Assembly: GCA_964291285.2 (NCBI GenBank)
Contig: OZ219788.1
Coordinates: forward strand, 224,001-288,000
DNA: 64,000 nucleotides
Direction of reading: 5' to 3'
Origin: Alphaproteobacteria bacterium
GTDB lineage: Bacteria; Pseudomonadota; Alphaproteobacteria; Bin95
Of the stretch, positions 29,612 to 40,637 are shown piece by piece (the stretch's first letter is position 1; each line of letters begins with the position of its first letter). Under the pieces are notes generated by a model. The model ran no database searches, was not told the DNA's origin, and saw only the letters and a program-made list of their open reading frames with translations. The translations under genes were made by a program, and so were the position numbers.

Positions 29612-31550
29612 GAGGCGTGTGCGCTGTTTGGAAGTGCTTTCTGAGCAAGGCATTGCGGAGGGTCTGGATTTTTCTTACCCCGTCAGGATGGCTGATTTCC
29701 GGGGTTTTTGCGGTTTGAAGGGAAAGGTTTTGTGGATTTCCACCCCATGGCCGTGCGCGGGCTGGTTTTCGGGCGCGTCGCGTTGAGGCGCGGGACTGAG
29801 TAGAAGGTGTCGCCATCGGGCCTGCGGCCCTTGTTCCATCCACCGGCGCTGGTTGGGAGAACATGATGGCGACAGCGGAGAAGTTAGCCTTTTCGTGGTG
29901 GTCTGTGGAGGGCCTTGCGGACCTTGAGCGTCTGCGTGTGGTGCTCGACACGCTTCCCGACGAGAAGGTTGTGGCTGCGCTTGAGGCGGGTCGAGGCCGG
30001 GGTCGCAACGACTACCCGGTGCGGGCGATGTGGCGTGCGTTGATCGCGGGGATCGTGTTCCAGCATGCCTCGATGCAGTCGCTGCTGCGTGAGCTGGGCC
30101 GCAACCCGGCATTGCTTGAGATTTGCGGGTTCGAGGCGCTGCCCTTGCAGGGTGCGCCGGTGGTGGCGCTTTGCGCGGGGCGGGTGGTGAGGTATCCGGC
30201 GCCGTTGCGCTCGACGGTGCCGGGCGCCTGGAACTTCTCGCGGTTCCTGGGGCGCGTGGTGCGCCTTGAGGACGAGCGCGGCCTTGTGTCGGGGATGATC
30301 GGGCGTCTGCGCGCCTCGCTGTTCGAGGAGTTGCCGGACTTCGGTCGCCATCTCGGGTATGACGGCAAGGCGGTGGCGAGCCACTCGACGGGCCGGGTTG
30401 CCGGGGCCAGGGGGCAGACCTCGGACCCCGATGCGGACTGGGGCAGGCACGAGACGGGCGGGGTGAACGCGAAGACCGGCGCGGTGTGGAAGAAGGTGAA
30501 GTCGTGGTTCGGCTACGGGCTGCACCTGATCGCCGACACGGACCACGAGGTTCCTGTGGCCTTCGAGGTGACGCGGGCGTCGGCATCGGAACCCGGGGTG
30601 CTGTCCGGGATGCTGGAGGAGTTGTTCGCCGAGGCGCCGGAGATGGCCGGGCGCTGCGCCGATTTCAGCGCCGACCGCGGTCTCGACAACGCCCGCCTGA
30701 AGGCGCGGTTGTGGGACAGGTGGCATATCCGCCCGCTGATCGACACGCGCCTGATGTGGCGGGCGGAGAAGAAGGAGCCGGGCCATGACCCGGCCCGGCC
30801 GATCACGCGACCGCTGTTCCCCGGGCGCGCCGACGTCATCGTTCATGACGAACGCGGCCGGGTGTCCTGCGTGTGCCCGCAGACCGGCGAGGTCCGCGCC
30901 ATGGCCTTCCAGGGGTTCGAGGTCGGGCGCGGCGTCTGCGGCACGCTCAAATACCGCTGCCCCGCAGCCGCCTTCGGCTTCGAGTGCAAGGGACGCCGGG
31001 CCTGCCATCGGGCGGGTGGGGTGAAGTCCGGCGAATACGGCCGCATCCTGCGCGTCGACCTCGACAGCCATGACCGGCGTATCTTCACGCCCACGCCCTG
31101 GGGCAGCCCGTCATGGCGGCGCGGATACAACCGGCGCACCGCCATGGAGCGGATCAACGCCCGCCTCGACCGCAGCTTCAACTTCGAGACCCATTACATC
31201 CGCGGACGCGCGAAGATGAAGACCCGCATCGGGCTGGCCCTGGCGGTCATGATGGCCATGGCGCTTGCACAGGCCCGCGCCGGACGCGTCGCACGCATGC
31301 GCTCCCTGGTCGGCCCGGCGCCATACCTCGATACCGGCTGACCCCTCAGCCGACTGCCGACAACGCTGACCCAACCCGCCGGACCCCGGCATACGGACAA
31401 ACGCGACCGAAGGCCGGCGATGCTGCCGGGCTGGGCCGCTCAAGTTCGAAAAGCAACCGCGGCGACCGCCTCGAACGCCGGAACAAACAACATCAACACC
31501 CGGACCCAACGTCCCATCCGACCGGAAAAACCCCACAGCGCAAATTTCTC
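29612..31550 (+). mobile_element. IS1182-like insertion sequence, copy 2 (transposase 29863-31341)
   Basis: 1939 bp, nearly identical to copy 1; 19-bp flanking direct repeat ACGTTGTGTCGATCCACTC. Confidence 0.85.
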
Positions 31551-31664
31551 ACGTTGTGTCGATCCACTCGATTGCCGATTCAGCGCCCAGGGTGCAACCT
31601 CGCGGCGAACTCGAATCCGAGTACGCCCCGGTTGCGCAGGGCGAGGCGCGATCGGTGCGTGGTT

Positions 31665-31982
31665 TCACGCGACCGCACCGAGGCCGTTCTTCTCCACCAG
31701 CGTCAGCAGCTTCAGAGAGGTGCCGCGGGGGCGCTTCTCACCGCGCTCCCACTGGCTCACAAGACCCGTCGTCACGTTGAGATAGCGCGCGAACACCGCC
31801 TGGCTCGCGTTCTCGCGCAGCCGAAGCGCGCGAATGTCTTTCGGCGTCATCTCCTTGATGGGCGTGAGGCACATCTCGTCGAACTTCCGCATGGTCCGTT
31901 TCGACATCAGGCCCGCTTCGGCCAAGCCGAGCGCCGCCTCGTGCACCGAAGCCAGCACCTCGCTCTCATACTGCCCGGTCAT
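31665..31982 (-). CDS. HigA-like HTH antitoxin
   Basis: IRALRLRENASQAVFARYLNVTTGLVSQWERGEKRP; directly downstream of the toxin. Confidence 0.85.
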   Translation of the reverse strand: MTGQYESEVLASVHEAALGLAEAGLMSKRTMRKFDEMCLTPIKEMTPKDIRALRLRENASQAVFARYLNVTTGLVSQWERGEKRPRGTSLKLLTLVEKNGLGAVA

Positions 31983-32367
31983 CGCATTCCACCTCGATTA
32001 TCGATCCAGTCGCCTGCGCGACCGCAAGACCCGCCGCATCCAGCGCCAGATACTCGTTTGCCAGCAATCGCAGCCCCGAAAGTTCCTTGCGCCGGATGTT
32101 GTCCCGGGCGCTCTTCGCAAACCCGTGCACGAAGAACGCCAGTTCGCCTCGACGGAACAGCACGATCGTGCGGAACCCTCCGGACCGGCCGCCGCCCTTG
32201 CGGGCGATGCGCTGCTTGATGACGCCGCCACCGAGGTCGGCGTCGACCAGCCCCTCCCCGGCGCGCCGGACGGCCTCGCACAATGCCGCATCCTCCAGCC
32301 CCTCGCGGTCGGCGAAACGAGCGAACGCCCTGGTCTTGAACGTCTGCAACCCGAGCCTCGCGCACAT
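31966..32367 (-). CDS. RelE/ParE-family toxin
   Basis: DADLGGGVIKQRIAR.G.GRSGGFR...FAKS.RDNI; exact start uncertain. Confidence 0.85.
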   Translation of the reverse strand: MCARLGLQTFKTRAFARFADREGLEDAALCEAVRRAGEGLVDADLGGGVIKQRIARKGGGRSGGFRTIVLFRRGELAFFVHGFAKSARDNIRRKELSGLRLLANEYLALDAAGLAVAQATGSIIEVECDDRAV

Positions 32368-32580
32368 CCGCCTTCATGCCTCCTTTTATGATGCCGGGTG
32401 TGGCTTTTCAACTCGCGCCGCGCTCCTGTCCGCTGCATGGCCGTCCTGCCGGCGTCTCCATCCACGCGTCTTCCACCGGCAGGAGGCGAGGTCTGGCCGT
32501 GAGCGGGGCGGCGGTCGGCGGTCCGGAGGGAGAGTAGCGCTGCCGCCGTTCCCATTCACTTGTCGAAGGAGCACGGCACG

Positions 32581-32907
32581 ATGCAGGCGGCAATCGCACC
32601 GCGCGGCGACGCGCGCACCTATCTCATCCATTTCGTCGGCGGCGGTCTCGAGGACGACCGTTATGTCGTCGAGCGCTACGTCTCGAAGGCCGACGGCGAG
32701 ATCGTTCCCGTCCGGTCCGGCGGCACGGCATGCAAGGGCCGTCGCAAGGCCCGGGGCACGATCGTCACCGCGAAGGCGCTTGAGGAGATGCGTCCGGCCC
32801 GGGACGAGATCATCATCGCGACGGGGGTCAGACTGCGGCATTGCGGGGTGCAGCTGTGGGGCTGGCGCAGTCTCGGGATCTTCGCCGACCGCCGCCAGCG
32901 CGGCTGA
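32581..32907 (+). CDS. Hypothetical leading-region protein (paralog of 8806-9138)
   Basis: AAGGAG RBS; same conserved motifs as copy 1. Confidence 0.7.
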   Translation: MQAAIAPRGDARTYLIHFVGGGLEDDRYVVERYVSKADGEIVPVRSGGTACKGRRKARGTIVTAKALEEMRPARDEIIIATGVRLRHCGVQLWGWRSLGIFADRRQRG

Positions 32908-32993
32908 CCGCCCGCCTCGCCGGACGTCCGGCCGGCCCGCCGCCGGCCGGGCGTCTCCTGCCCGACCCCGCATCATCCACCGGGAGAATGGCC

Positions 32994-34004
32994 ATGGCTT
33001 GCCGCAACCCGGAAGTCCGCAAGGCCCGCGACCGCGAGCGTATCGCCCGGCGCACCGCATCGCGTATCGCCCAAGGCCTGTGTCCGCGCTGCGGCAAGGT
33101 CCCGCTCGCGCCGGGGCGCAGCGTCTGCGCCGGGTGCGCCGCGGCCCGCAGCCGCGCCCGCGATGCTCGTCTGCGCGCCGCGGGCACACCGCGAAGAGAC
33201 CCCGAAACCGTCCGGCAGTCCGAGCGCCAGCGCACCCGCAGCAAGAGGGAACAAAGGGCCGCCAAAGGCCTCTGCACCCGCTGCGGCAATGCGCCGGCCG
33301 TGAAGGTCCGCGCGTCGTGCGAGGCATGCCTGGAGAAGCGCCGGGCAGCGGACCGCGCGAAATACGCCGCCGGGAAAGCCGCCGGCCTCAAGTATGGCGG
33401 GGCCGATGCGGAGGCAAAACGCAAGGCCGCCCGCGTCAAGAGCAGGCGCCGCCAGAAGGCAAGGGTCGAGGCCGGCCTCTGCATCCGCTGCGGCAAGCGT
33501 CCCCCCGTCGAGGGCGGAACCACCTGCCAGCCCTGCCGGGACAGGAGGCAGGCGGCGGAACGGCGGCAATATGACGAACGCAGGACCGGAGGCCGCTGCA
33601 CACGCTGCGGGCAGCCGGCCTTCGACGGCCTCTCGCGCTGCGGCCCCTGCGCCGCCATCGAAAAGGCCGGCCGGAAACCGGAGCGCAAGAACGCGCGCTC
33701 CCGGCGGTTGTACGCCCGACGCCGGGCCGCCGGCCTGTGCACGGCCTGCGGGGCGCCGTCACAGGGGGCGGCGCGCTGTGCGCCCTGTGCCGGGAGGTCG
33801 TATCACGGCTCGGCGCATTTCAGGGGCATCCCGGTCCACGAGCCGGTCTGGACCGTGATCGAACTGGAGACCGGCCGCGAGCACGGCCCGTTCGACGATC
33901 CGGCCGATATCGCCCTCTGCCTCGCCTTCGGGAAGCTCGACCGCAACCGTGTCGAGATCGTCGCCGACGCCCCCGTCACCGCCTCCTTCACCGCCTGGAC
34001 CTGA
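32994..34004 (+). CDS. Basic protein with five C4 zinc-finger-like repeats (copy 2)
   Basis: Five GxCxxC...CxxC units; C-terminal third nearly identical to 9226-10248. Confidence 0.8.
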   Translation: MACRNPEVRKARDRERIARRTASRIAQGLCPRCGKVPLAPGRSVCAGCAAARSRARDARLRAAGTPRRDPETVRQSERQRTRSKREQRAAKGLCTRCGNAPAVKVRASCEACLEKRRAADRAKYAAGKAAGLKYGGADAEAKRKAARVKSRRRQKARVEAGLCIRCGKRPPVEGGTTCQPCRDRRQAAERRQYDERRTGGRCTRCGQPAFDGLSRCGPCAAIEKAGRKPERKNARSRRLYARRRAAGLCTACGAPSQGAARCAPCAGRSYHGSAHFRGIPVHEPVWTVIELETGREHGPFDDPADIALCLAFGKLDRNRVEIVADAPVTASFTAWT

Positions 34005-34197
34005 CATGCTGTCCCGGGCGGCGATGGCGGCGCTCGCCTGGCCGCGATCCGCCGCGCCGTCCCTGTGTCGTGGAGAGGAGTGAAGCGCCTGCCGGGCGAG
34101 TGTCCGGCAGGGCGGAGGAGAGGACTCCCCGCGCCGATGCCGGACCGGTGTCCGGCACAGGTCGCCGGGCAGGGCAACGGCAAAGGAGACCCCGCCC

Positions 34198-34404
34198 ATG
34201 TTTCATCCCGATACATCCCTCGACCTTCCGCTCGGCTGCGACCTGCTCGCCGAACTCGGCGTCGACCGTCGCACCGTCCGCGAGATCGCCGGGGACGAGC
34301 GCGCCATCCGCTGCCCCGACAGGGGCGCGGCCTGTCCGGTGCACGGCTTCGCGAGCCTCTTCCCGGAACCGGCGTCGTCGTTCTCTCCGGGCGGTCAGGG
34401 GTAG
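34198..34404 (+). CDS. Small hypothetical protein (copy 2)
   Basis: AAGGAG RBS; near-identical to 10417-10623. Confidence 0.6.
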   Translation: MFHPDTSLDLPLGCDLLAELGVDRRTVREIAGDERAIRCPDRGAACPVHGFASLFPEPASSFSPGGQG

Positions 34405-34508
34405 AGGAGGGCCTGAAGAGATTGAACGGGCGGGGGTTCGGGGGAGTGACCCCGGTCCCGGTCGTTCGCAACCCATCGTCATCAACGCGAACCTGAAGGA
34501 GTATCGCA

Positions 34509-34967
34509 ATGAGCTTCGGACTGAACAAGGCGCAGATCATCGGCCGCCTCGGCGCGGACGTCACCATCAACCACCTGCAGAACGGCGGCCGCGTGGCCAA
34601 TCTGAGCGTTGCCACCGACGAGAGCTACATCGACCGGAACGGCAGCGGCGAGCGGATCGACAGGACCGAGTGGCACCGGGTCGTGACCTTCCAGGACGGG
34701 CTGATCGACATGCTCGCCAGGCACGCCACGAAGGGCCGGCTGGTCTACATCGACGGCAAGCTCCAGACCCGGCGCTGGTCGAAGCCGGGCGAGGACGGCG
34801 ACCGTTTCTCCACCGAAATCCTGCTCGTGCCCGGCGGGCGCGTCCAGTTCCTCGACAAGGCGAACGGCAATGCCGGGCGGATGCAGCCCGGTCCGGACAC
34901 GACGAGCGACGCCGGCCCCGTGCCGGCCGGCGGCGACCCGATGGACGGGGACCAGATCCCGTTCTGA
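34509..34967 (+). CDS. ssb: Single-stranded DNA-binding protein (copy 2)
   Basis: OB-fold motifs, tail ending IPF. Confidence 0.95.
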   Translation: MSFGLNKAQIIGRLGADVTINHLQNGGRVANLSVATDESYIDRNGSGERIDRTEWHRVVTFQDGLIDMLARHATKGRLVYIDGKLQTRRWSKPGEDGDRFSTEILLVPGGRVQFLDKANGNAGRMQPGPDTTSDAGPVPAGGDPMDGDQIPF

Positions 34968-35146
34968 TACCGTATTTCGCTCCCAAAGAGGGTCGGCGCC
35001 TCGCGCGCCGGCCCTTTTCTCATGCGGGCAGGTTCGAGTCTCGCCGCGGCGCATACGGGAGTGGGAGCGAGGCTGGAAAGCGGGTGAACCGTGCGAGGAG
35101 GAGAGGAAGTCCGCTCGCGCACCCGTCACGCTACCCGGAGAACCCG

Positions 35147-35374
35147 ATGAGCACCATCTCCTTCCGCCGCATCGCCCCCGACGAATCCCGCATCTACCGG
35201 GACGGCGACCATGTCGGCGACATCCACGCCTTCGACGACAGCATCCGGCCGGGGCGCAGGGTGTTCGCCATACATCTCGACGAGGACCCGCGCGGGCCGG
35301 TCTATCTCCACGACCGCGCCCGCATCCGCGAGACCGCCCGGCAGCGGGTCGACTCCCATCCCCTGTGGAACTGA
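35147..35374 (+). CDS. Small hypothetical protein (copy 2)
   Basis: Near-identical to 11361-11588. Confidence 0.7.
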   Translation: MSTISFRRIAPDESRIYRDGDHVGDIHAFDDSIRPGRRVFAIHLDEDPRGPVYLHDRARIRETARQRVDSHPLWN

Positions 35375-35783
35375 CGCAAAGGCGGCAGGGCCGGAAATCC
35401 TTTCCGGCGCCGTGCCGGCCGAACCGCCGATGGGGTCCGTGCAGGGCCAGAGAAATACGCCACCCCGCTGTGCTGTCCCATTGTGCCACACGTGCTCTCT
35501 CCAGCAACCCCTTCGGGGTCCTCCGGTCGCTGCGCTCCCTGCGGCCTGGGCAAGAAGCTCCAGGGGCGGACCGTGAAAGCCGGCGACCGTGAAGATCGCG
35601 TGTCAGAGGCCGAGCACGCCTGGCATCGGCGGTGCGAACGCGATCTTCCGCACCACTCGCCGACTTTCCGCACCACTCCGCCCCAAGAGCTTCCAGGCCC
35701 AGGTGCTTCCGTTGCGCGCGCGTGACCCAACAGGACATCACAGCGGGGATCGGCCCCGAACGTGAAACCGAAAGGAAAACGAC

Positions 35784-36710
35784 ATGACCTTCGATACCGA
35801 CACCGTCGAGACCGCCGGACAGTCCGCAACCGCGACCGTCTGCGAACACGCCGCCCTCTACGGCGCCACCCCCGAGCGCGACGAACTCGACCCCCGCGAG
35901 GTCTGGGACGAGGACGATGCGCTGACCGCAATCGGCGAGGCCTTCCGCATCCTCGTCGAAGGCGCCTGCCCCGACGGCACCCAGCTCGCCGACGAACGCG
36001 AGAGCCTGCTGTGGGGCTTCGTCAACATGCTCCACGCCCAGAGCCGCCGCCTCGACCGCAGCGTCGACCGGCTCAGCCCGGACCTGCGCGACCTCCAGCG
36101 CACCCAGGACGGCACCGAGATCAAGTCCCGCGACCTGGAGCTCGTCACCGACCGCGCGCAGAACCTCGGAGACCGGCGCGACGCCTTCGAGAAGATGCGC
36201 AACACCGCCGCGCACGCCTACCGCGAAGAGACCGGCGACATGTGGCGGCCCCGGCACGGCAGCCACGCCAGCCAGACCGGCACGCTCACCAGCGCCGCCA
36301 TCGACGCCCGCGACTTCGTCCGTGCCCGCAAGGACCGCGCGACCATGGCGCACCTGCCGCAGGGCACCCTCGTCGCCATCGCCGGCGGCAAGGACGTCGC
36401 CGACCCGGCCGCGGTGATCGCCAGGCTCGACCAGGCCCGCGCCAGGTATGCCGACCTCGTCCTCGTGCATGGCGGCGGCCCCGGCGTCGAGAAGATCGCG
36501 GCGCGCTGGGCAGAGCGCAACGGCGTCCACCAGGTCGTCTGCAAGCCCGACTGGGACCGCCACGGTCGCGCCGCACCCTTCCGCCGCAACGACGAACTGC
36601 TCAACCTCCTGCCCAAGGGCGTCATCGCCTTCCCCGGCTCCGGCATCACCGACAACCTCGTCGACAAGGCCCGCAGCCTCGGCATCCCGGTCATGCGCTG
36701 CCCCGCCTGA
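35784..36710 (+). CDS. DUF2493 / YspA-like SLOG-domain protein (copy 2)
   Basis: Same motifs as 11962-12888. Confidence 0.85.
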   Translation: MTFDTDTVETAGQSATATVCEHAALYGATPERDELDPREVWDEDDALTAIGEAFRILVEGACPDGTQLADERESLLWGFVNMLHAQSRRLDRSVDRLSPDLRDLQRTQDGTEIKSRDLELVTDRAQNLGDRRDAFEKMRNTAAHAYREETGDMWRPRHGSHASQTGTLTSAAIDARDFVRARKDRATMAHLPQGTLVAIAGGKDVADPAAVIARLDQARARYADLVLVHGGGPGVEKIAARWAERNGVHQVVCKPDWDRHGRAAPFRRNDELLNLLPKGVIAFPGSGITDNLVDKARSLGIPVMRCPA

Positions 36711-37488
36711 CACGCAGCACCCACGGGCCGCGTCGTCTCCGCTCCGGCGGCGGCGCGGTCCGTTTCCGTATGCGCACACCCGTCGCGCTGCGCCGCCGAC
36801 ACCTCGCGCGCGCTTCGCGCCGCGTTCGTGCGGAGCCTGCGCCGGACTGCGGTCCGGGGCTGCCGCGTCACGCGCCGCTGCACCATGCTTCGCATGGGTG
36901 CATCGCGGGCTGCGCCGAGCCCGGCTCAGGGCCGCCGGCACTGCTGACCCGCCCACTGCCGGCGCTGCTGCCGGACCGGCACGACACCGTGCTTCGCACC
37001 GCTGCCCGCAGTCCTGCAGGCGCCGCCGTCGGCGCCTCCGATCCCAACGGCTATCGCAACCGTCACCGCACCCGCGCGGCTGACGCCGCGGTAACGGGTG
37101 CGCCATCCCCGGCTGCGTCTGCGGCAATGTGTGAGCAGCACGCGATCACCCTGAACAGCCCCGCTTTCGTCGAGCACGCTTGCATCGCGGTAACATGTGC
37201 GCGGCGTCCTTCGGCTCCGCGGAACATGTGCGGCGGCGCCCGTGTCGCCGAGGTAACGCCGTCGGCTCCGGTGCGCCATGTGTGAAGACTGCCCTCCGCC
37301 GTTTGCACGCCGCGCCGCGTTCTGTTACCTCTGCGACCGGACGACAACGCGGAACGCGCCCGAAGATTGCGGACCGGTCGTCTCGCTCAATCGCCGCGAC
37401 GGCTCCCGTCCCTTGTGACGCCGGCGTTTCAGGCGATGGTGGTGTGCAGGGCAACCTCGCCCGATCTCGACTCCGTTCGGAGTTTTAC

Positions 37489-37517
37489 CGTCACACCCGA
37501 CGCATCCTTGATGCAGG
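37489..37517 (-). other. Putative MOB_F-type oriT nick site (copy 2)
   Basis: Identical 29 bp to 13321-13349 within otherwise unrelated flanks; predicted nick between 37492 and 37493. Confidence 0.75.
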
Positions 37518-37930
37518 CGTTGCCATGGCTGCCCGTGTCCGCTGCTGGCTGCCCATGCCGCGGGCGGGCGCAGGACTGTCCGCTCCTGTCACGCCGGGAA
37601 AGGTCGCACCGGATTGGTAGCTCCCGTGTTTGCCGCAAACACATGCGCGATATCAGGAGGTTGGGCGCCGCCCCGCCGCACTCCGTCAGACATGGCGGCG
37701 CCTTCCGCCCCCGCTGGATATGGACTTGCTCCTGCGAAACTACCAGTCTGATATCGGCCTCGCATACGCTGCACCATGACAGCTACCGGTCCGGTAGCTG
37801 TCCGGAGGCCGCGTTCGCCCGCGACTTCGCCCCGCCACGCCGAACGACCGGGGGCAGCGCGGACCCGGGGATCTGAAAGAACCGGAACCGGAACTCTCGC
37901 GAATCCACACGCAAGAACGAGTGAAACCGC

Positions 37931-38281
37931 ATGGCATCGTCACTTCAGAAGAACATCCGGGTCACCGCAGACCAGTGGAAGCGTATCGAAACGGCGGCAA
38001 GGGAGCGGCAGGTTTCGCCCAATCGGCTCGTCGTCGACCTCGCCATCGAGGCCCTCGACCGGCGCGAATGGCCCGGTACCGAGACCGAAATCAAGATGGC
38101 CCGGGCCTCGCTGTTCGCCGCCCAGGCCATCGCCCGGAACCTCATCGCCAACGGACTCCAGGCCGAAGTAGAGGAAATCCGGGAGTTCATCTCGACGATC
38201 GTGCCGGACCCCGATGCGGAGCGGCCTGCCGAGGACATTCTCACCGCTCCGTCCACGCTCGCGCACCATGACACCGGGTGA
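37931..38281 (+). CDS. Ribbon-helix-helix-like protein, possible relaxosome accessory factor
   Basis: KNIRVTADQWKRIETAARERQVSPNRLV; first gene on the trailing side of the putative oriT, as for TrwA/TraY-type factors. Confidence 0.6.
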   Translation: MASSLQKNIRVTADQWKRIETAARERQVSPNRLVVDLAIEALDRREWPGTETEIKMARASLFAAQAIARNLIANGLQAEVEEIREFISTIVPDPDAERPAEDILTAPSTLAHHDTG

Positions 38282-38482
38282 TGAGACCGCCCCGCCAGGC
38301 CAAGGACGCTGCCCCTAGAAGCGCGAGCCGGAACGCCGGCACGAAGGCACCCACCTCCCGCAAGCCGTCGTGCCGCTCCCGCTGCTCGTCTTCCGTCAGC
38401 GCACTCGAGCTCCATACCGGGCGTCACTTGGCCCGTGCCATAACGGTGCCGCTTGCCCAAGCCTTGAAATCAGCCCAGCTAC

Positions 38483-39685
38483 CAGGGCAATCGCTTTTGG
38501 GCCTGTCATGCTGCGGCCCGGATCAAGTTGAGGAGGAAGTCGTCGTTCCAGGCGGCGCGCTTGAGTTTTCCGCGCATGGCGTCTTTTGTGGGTTCGCGGC
38601 GTGCGATGTTGAGGGCGAGGCGTCGGATCAGGGCGAGGTTTTCGGGTCCGTGGTCCTTGCGGTTTCGCTGTCGGTCCTCGTTCATGGTCACGTCGAGCAC
38701 CCGGTGCAGGCAGTTTTCGATGGTCCAATGGGCGCGCGCGGCGTGCTGGAAGCGCTCGGGCGCGAGCGGCGCGCTCATGATGTAGTAGCGGGTTTCGGTT
38801 TTGGTGCTCCTTGCGGTTTCGCGCCTGGCCTGGATCTTGCCGATGGCGGCCAGCCCCGGCCAGTCATGGCGCTCGCGCAGCCATGCAATCTCGTGGCAGA
38901 CCGAGGCGCGGCGCGTCTCGATGCGCCCGTGATCGCCATCGACATGCTGACATGATTGGAGTTTGTCCGCCTGGGCGGGATCGTCCAGATACAGGCGCAC
39001 ATCCTCATACAGGCTGCCCTGATTGCCCTTGAGCGCCAGCACATGGTCCCCGCCCCTGGCGGTAACGGCCTCGGCCGTCGCCCGCTGGGTGTGCATGGCG
39101 TCCGCCGTCACGATCCGGCCCTTGAGCGCCAGCATCTCCAGCAGCTTCGGCATCGCCGCAATCTCGTTGGACTTGTCATCGACCTTCACCTGGCCGAGCA
39201 TCAGGCGGGTCCCGGCGGCGAAGGCCTGCACCAGATGCACCGGCGAGCGCGCCGCGGCATCGGCGAAGGAACGCCGCAGCGACTTGCCGTCAATCGCGAT
39301 CACATCGCCGTCCAGAACCGCCGCCCAGTCCTCCAGAAGCCGCAGCAGCACTTTCTGCAGGCTGTCGGGATCGAGGGCGTTGAACAGGTCCGAAAACGCA
39401 TCGTGGCTCGGGATGCCGTGCTTCAACTCCATGAAACGGCGCAGAAACCCTTCCTTCGCCCGACCGAAACGCTCCATGTCCGCGCATCCCTCCCCGCCGC
39501 ACAAGGTCGAGAGCAGCGCGATCATAAGCATCTCGTGCAGAGAGTGGCGCGTCGCATTGCTGCGACGCGGATCCGTAACTCCTTCGAATACTGACGAAAA
39601 CTCCTCCATCTCACACCCCAACTCAACAGAAACGGAAACGGGAGTGTAGCAAAAGCAAAAAAGGATTTTGCAGCTGCTACACCTG
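38483..39685 (-). mobile_element. ISAs1-family element (transposase 38506-39609)
   Basis: DPRR, GIPSHD, AIDGK, KSNEI, TADAMHTQ, LKGNQ, HGRIETR, HWTIEN; element ends approximate. Confidence 0.92.
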
Positions 39686-40304
39686 ACATGAAGTTCGATG
39701 GATTCCCGTTTCTATGATGTGGATACAGTGGGTTATGATGCCTGTCAAGCATATGGTCTTGAGATGAAAAGGCATATAACCATACTGGCAGGTGAGGAAA
39801 AATGGTGCATATGGGTGCAGCAGGAGATTGAACCCGGTATGCGGGAATGATCCGGACAGGGTGAGGAACCATGATGATTGCACAGCAAGGCACATGGGAA
39901 GAATTATATGGATAATTGATTGGAACGGGGTTACGGTCCAACGCGATTCTATGGGTATGCGGGTGAAACATGCCTTTCTGGTATTATATAAGAGTAGATT
40001 CTATGGATAGGAGCAGCGCGCGGGACCGTTCCGGAGGCCGGCATATGGCGGCGAGGTTCCGGAGACGGAAAAGGAATGCGTTGCGGCGTGACGCCGGGCG
40101 ATGCAGGCCGGCCGTTCCTGCGGGAGACAACCGGAACCGGACGGCTGCGGGTCGCCGGTCTTTCGGTGCGCCCGGTGCAAGCGATACGCGCCTGGCAGGC
40201 ATGGACGCTTCCGACGGGCGGCGGGTCCGGAGCGGACGGGAGGCGGGCTCTCGGCTGAAGTCGATACCGGCAGCCGCAGCCGCTTTCTGCCGGAAGGAAA
40301 CGGC

Positions 40305-40637
40305 ATGAAGCTGGCGAAACAACGTTGCTTCTACTGTTCCCCGGAAGTGTGGGAACGGATCCGCAGGCGTGCAGGGAAGGCGAAGCTGAAGGTCTCGCGC
40401 TTCATATGGCTCTGCTGCCGGCAGGCTGGCGAGGGAGACGGCGGCGCCCGACCGGACGCCGCCGGGCATCCCGTTGTGCTGACGCAGGAGGAACAGCGCC
40501 GCCTTCACGAGAACGCCCGCAGGCTGTGCGGCGCCGGTCGTCTTTCGGTTCGGGCTCCTGGAGGCGAAGAGGCGAGTGTCACGTTCGGCGAAGCGGTGCG
40601 TTTCCTGCGCCTTGCCGAACGGGAGGACGGGGCATGA
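40305..40637 (+). CDS. RHH/MobC-like small DNA-binding protein
   Basis: RCFYCSPEVWERIRRRAGKAKLKVSRFI; AAGGA RBS. Confidence 0.55.
   Translation: MKLAKQRCFYCSPEVWERIRRRAGKAKLKVSRFIWLCCRQAGEGDGGARPDAAGHPVVLTQEEQRRLHENARRLCGAGRLSVRAPGGEEASVTFGEAVRFLRLAEREDGA

Noticed and set aside
23874-31550. Composite transposon carrying the N-terminal part of the Type ISP gene
   Set aside because: Each IS copy has its own target duplication, so they are independent insertions
34482-37285. Long overlapping Arg/Pro/Ala-rich ORFs (881 aa, 507 aa, and many similar across the window)
   Set aside because: High-GC shadow frames of recognisable genes, with no motifs of their own
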